Origin: Gemmatimonadota bacterium
Lineage (GTDB): Bacteria; Latescibacterota; UBA2968; UBA8231
Assembly (NCBI GenBank): GCA_038128265.1
Contig: JAYPJE010000091.1
Span: forward strand, 1-12,452
Length of the DNA stretch: 12,452 bases
Direction: 5' to 3'
The position numbers were made by a program, and so were the translations under genes. The notes under the pieces were generated by a model. That model was not told where the DNA came from and ran no database searches. It saw nothing but the letters and a program-made list of their open reading frames with translations. Positions 8,201-12,452 of this stretch are shown one piece after another (within the stretch, counting starts at the first letter, position 1; each line of letters starts with the position of its first letter).

Positions 8201-8362
8201 ACCCACCGCCTGCACATCGATGCGCTCTTCAAAGAGCAGCCTGTCGTGGGGGGGCGATTCGATGCGAACCTCTTGGCCCCACGCCGTCGCGCTGAAAAAT
8301 GCCGTTAGCGTCGCAAAAAAACCGCGCAAGATCATCGGCAAAGCGTTCCTCGTCCTCTTCAT
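5282..8362 (-). CDS. Large secreted protein: signal peptide, two Ig-like domains and a predicted very large outer-membrane beta-barrel (1026 aa); DUF11/OmpA-locus-associated family
   Basis: ATG at 8362 overlaps the upstream TGA and has a GGGAGGA RBS. Sec-type signal peptide MKRTRNALPMILRGFFATLTAFFSATAWG|QE. Ig/invasin-like segment IPAD..EVFVFVRDAWG. Motifs GRLAYFARG..WLLTSSYDS, VYPIYGDASS, KLYARLE..YGDF, which I recognise from large proteins in DUF11/OmpA loci. About 550 C-terminal residues of alternating amphipathic strands rich in W/Y/G/R, ending GPYMKVQIKF-SE. Confidence 0.8.
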   Translation of the reverse strand: MKRTRNALPMILRGFFATLTAFFSATAWGQEVRIESPPHDRLLFEERIDVQAVGAANSTLLLLHNDQIVASQQTDGAGRAYFADVQLPLGPSLWVVQQQRMPDATDSVKVHVAGPVAEVEIDDAFLRIPADTLAQHEVFVFVRDAWGKNAGAGQAVTVQLERGELANEDLLPDEPGTQLAVDNGQVVLRIRPSAQPGPSRLVVGAGSVEDTQTLYFTTRETEWNIVGMADGQFGWNEKEAPAGSSGAADLEEGAYANGRLAYFARGTLGDRWLLTSSYDSDRYYDSQVFRFLRPEQVYPIYGDASSIFYEAPTMSKLYARLERDQTYLQYGDFATRLSQAELTSYQRVFTGVSAQTRTQRLITRAFAAQTQQTTQVDQIRGEGISGLYDLSAQARGLEIVEGSEQVVLQVRDRLHPEKVLQERRQYRYKDYDVDYQAATLLFKRPVASYDADENPQFIVVTYETKQVIDEQWVSGAHVYLDGGERWGLGTTAVNEERPGGDYLLAGLEGRVRFSDALSISSEVGRSRVRGQEDAWAWKVEGQGALGDHAGYELYYRDAQGDYLNTSSTTARPGERKMRSRLHWRLANRLKLVGEAYQTDSDLTGQQRRSGSLSGQMDWGAVSQTMSIESTRLSGGGAATANSTTLNGGLEWAANERLRLGVERDQTLGDEELNYRPTLNRINGRWKLRDGVEFVMEHAFRDESLWKSSYTNWGIESTLVEDLNMYARYQLDSGLRREQNQAIVGLKHRYSVTEEWTFDTTFERMRTLRGTGANDFTAYSIATQYLPTDPLKASARFERRDGRSTDKMVITSAGDWSIARTWSILAKHTFLDESQLNRTTSRMEPIRRHQLSLGLAHRPYSNDVINAILKYELKSESNERQQGDAQKTSHIGSVETIVQPLASLEWYARYTFKLNRVRTGRVEAQALTDLWSTHLRYEWTQRWDTLAELRILNQYEQDKLNHGSALEIGYIALKNTRLALGYNLAGSEDRELSNASYWARGPYMKVQIKFSERDIASPLGGLNNGVQ

Positions 8363-11300
8363 CGCCCGTCCTCCCTGCCGGCCCCGCCAAGCGGCTCTTC
8401 GCACCACACGCCCTCTACTTCGTAGTGAACGAACGTCTCCGGCAGTTCACCCGAAGGGCCATCGACCCGGTACTGCAGCACCAGCCGTGCTCCCGGTGCC
8501 ACATCGTGCCACACCTTCACGACACGCCCTTCGCTGTGCAGCAGGGATGGGTCGTCGCCGCCCAGCCCGACCTCTCCACTCCAGTATTCGCCCAAATGCA
8601 CGAGGGACAGCGGCTTCAAGCCGCGGTATGTCATCTCGACGGTGCGCAGATTTGACCCGCCGTCCGCAGCCTGCACGGAAGCGGTCCACTGCCACCACGG
8701 CTCGGCATCCACCGGCACCGACAGCGTATCGGCTTGTAGCTGGCGCTGCCCCGATTGGGTGCGCAGAACCGCCGTGAGCACCTCTTGGCCCGCCCGGCGT
8801 TCGGCAACGCGTATCGTCGCCTGCTGGCGCAGGGTGTCGGGCGAACTGATCGACCACGAATTCGCATCTCCCTCGCTTTCCAGCGCCAGCGTTGCATCCC
8901 GCTGGACGAGCGACGGGCGCGCGCTCTGGGCCTCCATTTCCCATACCCACCGCGAACCAATGCGCGCGACCACACCCTGGCCTGCCGCCGACGTATCCGC
9001 CTCGGCGTAGCCGGCAACCCAGCGATCGGCCAACGGCGATGCATCGAGCAAGTGCCAGTTCAGACCCGAGGCCATTGGCGGTAACCAATCGTTCATATCC
9101 TCAATCCGACCGGCTGCGCGGACCACGTCGCTGTCGCGCGGCTGCAAGGTGCGCTCGATCGGCGTTGGATAGCCTGTTTTTAGACCCTGCACCAAGTCGA
9201 TAGAACGCCGCTCGGCGGGCGCGTAGGTAACGAGATTCAATGCGTGCATTTGCGGGGCAACAAACTCGACCTCCACGCGGCGATTGCGCGCGCGACCATC
9301 CTCTGTGGCGTTGTCGGCTAGTGGGCGCTCGTCGCCGTAGCTAACGGTACTCAGCTGCGATGGACGGACCCCCAGTGCCACCAGTGCGTCGACTACACCC
9401 TGCGCGCGCGCCAGGGCTAGTGTGCTGTTGTCGGCGTGCGAGTGCGTCGGTCGCTGCGCATCGGCATGGCCTTCGACGACCGCGCTTAATGCCGGAGTGG
9501 ACAGCAGCGGTGCCGCAATCTCACTCAGCGTGCGACGGGCCTCGTCGCTAGCAGCATCCACACCGCTGGCAAAGTGCAATAGGCGCTTCTCAGGCCACTG
9601 TATGGCCACTTCTACGCGGCGATTCTTAGCGCGCCCAGTCTCGGTGGCGTTGTCGGCCGCTGGCTGGCTCGCACCGCGCCCGACCACTTCTATGCGATCA
9701 GCCGCCACGCCGCGCCACTGCAGTTTCTGCGCGATGGTCGCTGCACGGTCCGTGCTCAGGTCTCGGTTGTCGTAATACTGCGCGTTGAAGATGGGCTCGG
9801 AGTCGGTGTGCCCCTCCAGGCGCACGCGCGCAGCCGGCAGGTCGGACAGATACTCGGCCAGTGCGTCAATGCGCGGTCTGTCCTCGCGCCCGACCTCAAC
9901 CGACGAACCCTCAAAATAGAAGGGAGCCACCGGTTCGACGGGCTGCGGCTGCATGGAGCGCTCTAGCCACCAGTGCGACGCTGCTCTGTGGGGAGCCGGT
10001 GCCCAACGCGCTGCAACCGGCGCTTCCGATTGAGCCCGCCCTAAGGCTGTGCCCGAGCGGTGATCTGCACCCCATACGTCCATGACCGCACCGCTGCCCA
10101 ATTCCTCCCACGACAGCGCTTCGCTCATTGGAGTTCCCAAGCTATCCACCCCGAACGCCTGCGCGGTCACATAGGCCTCGGATCGCTCTCCTGCTCCCAG
10201 TTGAAACGTTGCGTGCTCCGGATAAGACCCGGACATAAGTTGTTTTATTTCAATAACTTCTTTTTCTATGGCTCGTGCTCCCAAATCGTCAGCATCCACT
10301 TTTTCGCTTTGCAGTATTTCTGTATTACTGTCTTTCTGTGCCCTCCATCGGCCGTGCAATTCAACCCGATACAGTTTCGGCATAACAAAGGCCATTTCTA
10401 CGCGGCGATTCTTACTGCGACCCAACGCCGTCGCGTTGTCACCTATCGGCGCCTGATCGCTCTGGCCCGTGACCGTAAGCTGCTGCGGACGAACGCCGCG
10501 CGCTACAAACCAATCGGCCACCTGGCGCGCGCGGGCCAAGGCCAATGCGTCGTTGTTATCAAACGATGCGCCGACCAAGCGCTGGGTGTCGGCATGCCCT
10601 TCTATCGCTAGGTGTAGCGACGGCACGGCCTGTAACTGCCGTGAGATGGCCTCCATGTTCTGCAATGCTGTGTTGCTGATGTTCGGATCGCTGCTCCCGC
10701 TGTCAAAGAGCACCGTCGGGCGTTCGGGCAAGAGCGGTTTGAGCTCTACGCGGCGGTTTCTCTGCCGACCCGCACTCGTAGCATTGTCGCCGACGGGGTC
10801 TTTTGCCCCGTAGCTGATCACATCGAGCTGGTCTGAATGGACGCCGGCCGCTACGAGCCAATCGGCCACGGCCTGGGCGCGCGCCAGCGAGAGTTGGTCG
10901 TTATCGGCAAATGGGCCACCACCGGCGATCGGCCGGCGATCGGCATGACCGCTCACCTCCCAGCGCAGACCCGGCGCGGCCATTAGCAGCTGCGCCGCAC
11001 GGGCCAACCCGGCCTGGTATTCGTCTCGAACCGCACTCGAGCCGCTGGCAAAGTGCAGCGCTTGCAGCGGCAGCACCGGCACCTCGTCCACGCTGCGATC
11101 CAGCCACCAGCGTTCAACGGCGTAGAGCCGCTGGTCTACGTAGCCGCTGTCGATTGGGCGGAAGGGCACGTTGACCTTGGCCATGTCGGCGCGACCAAAG
11201 TGCACAAAGCGCGTCCACGGATCACCCGCCGAGCGCGTGCCGTAGGCAACCGGTTCCAAATCGGCCGGAATGTGGTCGGGAGAGAGGCGCAGCACGTGAT

Positions 11301-12452
11301 CGCCGCGCTCCACCTCGGGAATGGAGAAGCGACCGTCCGCATCGGCGACGACGCGCGTGCCGTTTTCCATCGTCAGCACAACGCCCGGCACCGGCGGCTC
11401 GCCGGCATCGACCACTCCGTCGCCGTCTTCGTCGACCCACGCCCGACCAATGGTCAGCTGGCCGAGTGAGAACATGGCCGAGGGCCGCACGCGCACATTG
11501 ATCTGCGTGATGTTCGATGCGAGCGAAACCAAACTCGTGGTGGTCAGCGCCACGCCGGCCGCCTGCGCCCTACCCGAACTGTTCTCCGATCCGACGCCGG
11601 CCACTGCGCTGAAACTCAGCAGGCGCTTGTCGCCCGGCACCATGCCGGGGAGATACCATTCGAGCACCTGCTTTTCGGGATTCATCGGGATATTCACCGG
11701 CTCTACCAGAAGGCCAGGCAGCGCCGTCGAGTCGGACCAAGTGTCCACGCCAACTTGGGCGCGCTTAGCGCTGGCGCCGGGGACTGTGCGATAGCCGCTT
11801 TCTTCGAGCGTCGTTACTTTCTGCCCTTCAAAGAGCGAGGTGCCGTTGACATACTTAAACCCTTCGGGTATTTGCATGCGCACCAACAGCACTTCCAAGG
11901 TATCGCGCGGACTGAGATTGGCCAAGTCCAGATCGTAGCGCACGAAATCGCCTAGCTCGATCGTGGGCTGGTCTATGTTAATTGCGATTTCAAAGTAGGC
12001 GACTACGGCGGTAAAGGTCACCGGCTCTGACTGGACTGTTAGGCTACCTATCGTCGCAGCAACCCGGCTTTGCATGGGATGCGTGCCCGGCCCCAGATCG
12101 TCGCGCGGCTCGACCTGATAGGTCCATTCGACGGCGCCTTCGGTGCTATCAACTTGCCATTCAATGATACCCGTAGCAGAATCGTAGTTGACTGGCCGCG
12201 AGCTGCTGCCCTCTACGAAGACTAGGCCACCCGAAAGCGTATCGCGCACGGTCCACGTGCCCGTGCGCCCGTCGTTGTCGCGGATTGAAATTGAGACCGT
12301 CGCCCGGTCACCAATGGTTATTTCTGTCGGATTGACCGATATCTGCAAGTCGACATTGGGCTGCCCGGACTGCAGGGCAAGCGCCGCGGAAGCCGCTTGA
12401 ACAACCTGGCCCCCACCGCCGTCGACTTGCTGCAGAAAAGCGGTGTTATCAA
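8359..12452 (-). CDS. Multi-domain envelope protein: DUF11-like Ig repeats, SdrD-B/CnaB-like domain and four OmpA-like peptidoglycan-binding domains (>1360 aa, 5'-truncated by the window edge)
   Basis: The frame stays open upstream of TTG 12348 to the window end (..DNTAFLQQVDGGGGQVVQAASAALALQSGQPNVDLQISV..). DUF11-like units at about 12000-12354 (IGDRATVSISI..VRDTLSGGLVFVEGS..IEWQV) and about 11480-11995 (LGDFVRYDLDLAN..IPEGFKYVNGTS). SdrD-B-like IGRAWVDEDGDGVVDAGEPPVPGV..DADGRFS at about 11161-11451. OmpA_C motifs F..GH(A/T)D..N..L(S/A)xxRA..N.T..GR..NRRVE at about 10741-11058, 10393-10713, 9607-9921 and 9268-9579. Confidence 0.9.
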   Translation of the reverse strand, partial: DNTAFLQQVDGGGGQVVQAASAALALQSGQPNVDLQISVNPTEITIGDRATVSISIRDNDGRTGTWTVRDTLSGGLVFVEGSSSRPVNYDSATGIIEWQVDSTEGAVEWTYQVEPRDDLGPGTHPMQSRVAATIGSLTVQSEPVTFTAVVAYFEIAINIDQPTIELGDFVRYDLDLANLSPRDTLEVLLVRMQIPEGFKYVNGTSLFEGQKVTTLEESGYRTVPGASAKRAQVGVDTWSDSTALPGLLVEPVNIPMNPEKQVLEWYLPGMVPGDKRLLSFSAVAGVGSENSSGRAQAAGVALTTTSLVSLASNITQINVRVRPSAMFSLGQLTIGRAWVDEDGDGVVDAGEPPVPGVVLTMENGTRVVADADGRFSIPEVERGDHVLRLSPDHIPADLEPVAYGTRSAGDPWTRFVHFGRADMAKVNVPFRPIDSGYVDQRLYAVERWWLDRSVDEVPVLPLQALHFASGSSAVRDEYQAGLARAAQLLMAAPGLRWEVSGHADRRPIAGGGPFADNDQLSLARAQAVADWLVAAGVHSDQLDVISYGAKDPVGDNATSAGRQRNRRVELKPLLPERPTVLFDSGSSDPNISNTALQNMEAISRQLQAVPSLHLAIEGHADTQRLVGASFDNNDALALARARQVADWFVARGVRPQQLTVTGQSDQAPIGDNATALGRSKNRRVEMAFVMPKLYRVELHGRWRAQKDSNTEILQSEKVDADDLGARAIEKEVIEIKQLMSGSYPEHATFQLGAGERSEAYVTAQAFGVDSLGTPMSEALSWEELGSGAVMDVWGADHRSGTALGRAQSEAPVAARWAPAPHRAASHWWLERSMQPQPVEPVAPFYFEGSSVEVGREDRPRIDALAEYLSDLPAARVRLEGHTDSEPIFNAQYYDNRDLSTDRAATIAQKLQWRGVAADRIEVVGRGASQPAADNATETGRAKNRRVEVAIQWPEKRLLHFASGVDAASDEARRTLSEIAAPLLSTPALSAVVEGHADAQRPTHSHADNSTLALARAQGVVDALVALGVRPSQLSTVSYGDERPLADNATEDGRARNRRVEVEFVAPQMHALNLVTYAPAERRSIDLVQGLKTGYPTPIERTLQPRDSDVVRAAGRIEDMNDWLPPMASGLNWHLLDASPLADRWVAGYAEADTSAAGQGVVARIGSRWVWEMEAQSARPSLVQRDATLALESEGDANSWSISSPDTLRQQATIRVAERRAGQEVLTAVLRTQSGQRQLQADTLSVPVDAEPWWQWTASVQAADGGSNLRTVEMTYRGLKPLSLVHLGEYWSGEVGLGGDDPSLLHSEGRVVKVWHDVAPGARLVLQYRVDGPSGELPETFVHYEVEGVWCEEPLGGAGREDGR
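8369..8375 (-). promoter_or_regulatory. Shine-Dalgarno site for the beta-barrel gene, embedded in the 3' end of the upstream CDS
   Basis: GGGAGGA on the - strand, 6 nt before ATG at 8362. Confidence 0.8.
9268..11109 (-). repeat. Intragenic repeats: four OmpA-like domains arranged as two tandem pairs
   Basis: Four NRRVE-terminated domains. Module anchors WWLDRS (11092-11109) and WWLERS (9955-9972) are 1137 nt (379 codons) apart. Exact nucleotide matches: TTCTACGCGGCGATTCTTA (9610-9628, 10396-10414) and CCGCTGGCAAAGTGCA (9563-9578, 11042-11057). Confidence 0.88.

Noticed and set aside
5282..8362. Annotation as a TonB-dependent receptor or autotransporter
   Set aside because: No TonB box or TBDR plug motif and no terminal aromatic residue. 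The N-terminus is Ig-like and the strand-rich region is far longer than a 12-stranded autotransporter barrel.
8363..8407. Longer GTG start (8407) for the barrel gene
   Set aside because: ATG at 8362 has an SD, an ATGA overlap and begins a proper signal peptide. The extension overlaps the upstream CDS.
9268..11058. Annotation as flagellar MotB, Pal or T6SS TssL/TagL
   Set aside because: These share the OmpA_C fold, but no MotB/TssL transmembrane segment and no mot, tol or T6SS genes are visible. The context is DUF11/SdrD.
12346..12348. TTG start called for the 1329-aa ORF
   Set aside because: No stop upstream in frame to the window edge, no RBS and no signal peptide at this point. The gene is truncated by the window.
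124..12400. Numerous overlapping alternative-frame and antisense ORFs in the track (e.g. 124-795, 1875-2525, 3599-4198, 5285-5875, 8169-8777, 8447-9088, 10060-10611)
   Set aside because: They lie within well-supported genes, are mostly Arg/Ala/Pro-rich or mirror-frame shadows typical of high-GC DNA, and show no recognisable motifs.

Overview
GC-rich (about 60-65% by eye) bacterial window with seven protein-coding genes, and no RNA genes, mobile elements or CRISPR array detected. On the left is a + strand operon: a 5'-truncated DUF2961/GH172 glycoside hydrolase, an ankyrin-repeat protein and a six-bladed Kelch/Asp-box beta-propeller. It converges at a hairpin terminator on a - strand PhyH-type Fe(II)/2-oxoglutarate dioxygenase fused to seven HEAT repeats, which is divergent from a Cof-type HAD phosphatase. 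The right 7.2 kb is the most interesting part: a translationally coupled (ATGA overlap) - strand pair. The first gene runs off the window edge and encodes a >1360-aa protein with DUF11-like Ig domains, an SdrD-B/CnaB-like domain and four OmpA-like peptidoglycan-binding domains inside a duplicated ~379-aa module. The second encodes a 1026-aa signal-peptide-bearing protein with Ig-like domains and a predicted very large outer-membrane beta-barrel. I infer this pair is part of an uncharacterised envelope-spanning export/anchoring system for DUF11/Ig-type surface proteins. All family assignments come from motif recognition by eye; no searches were run.
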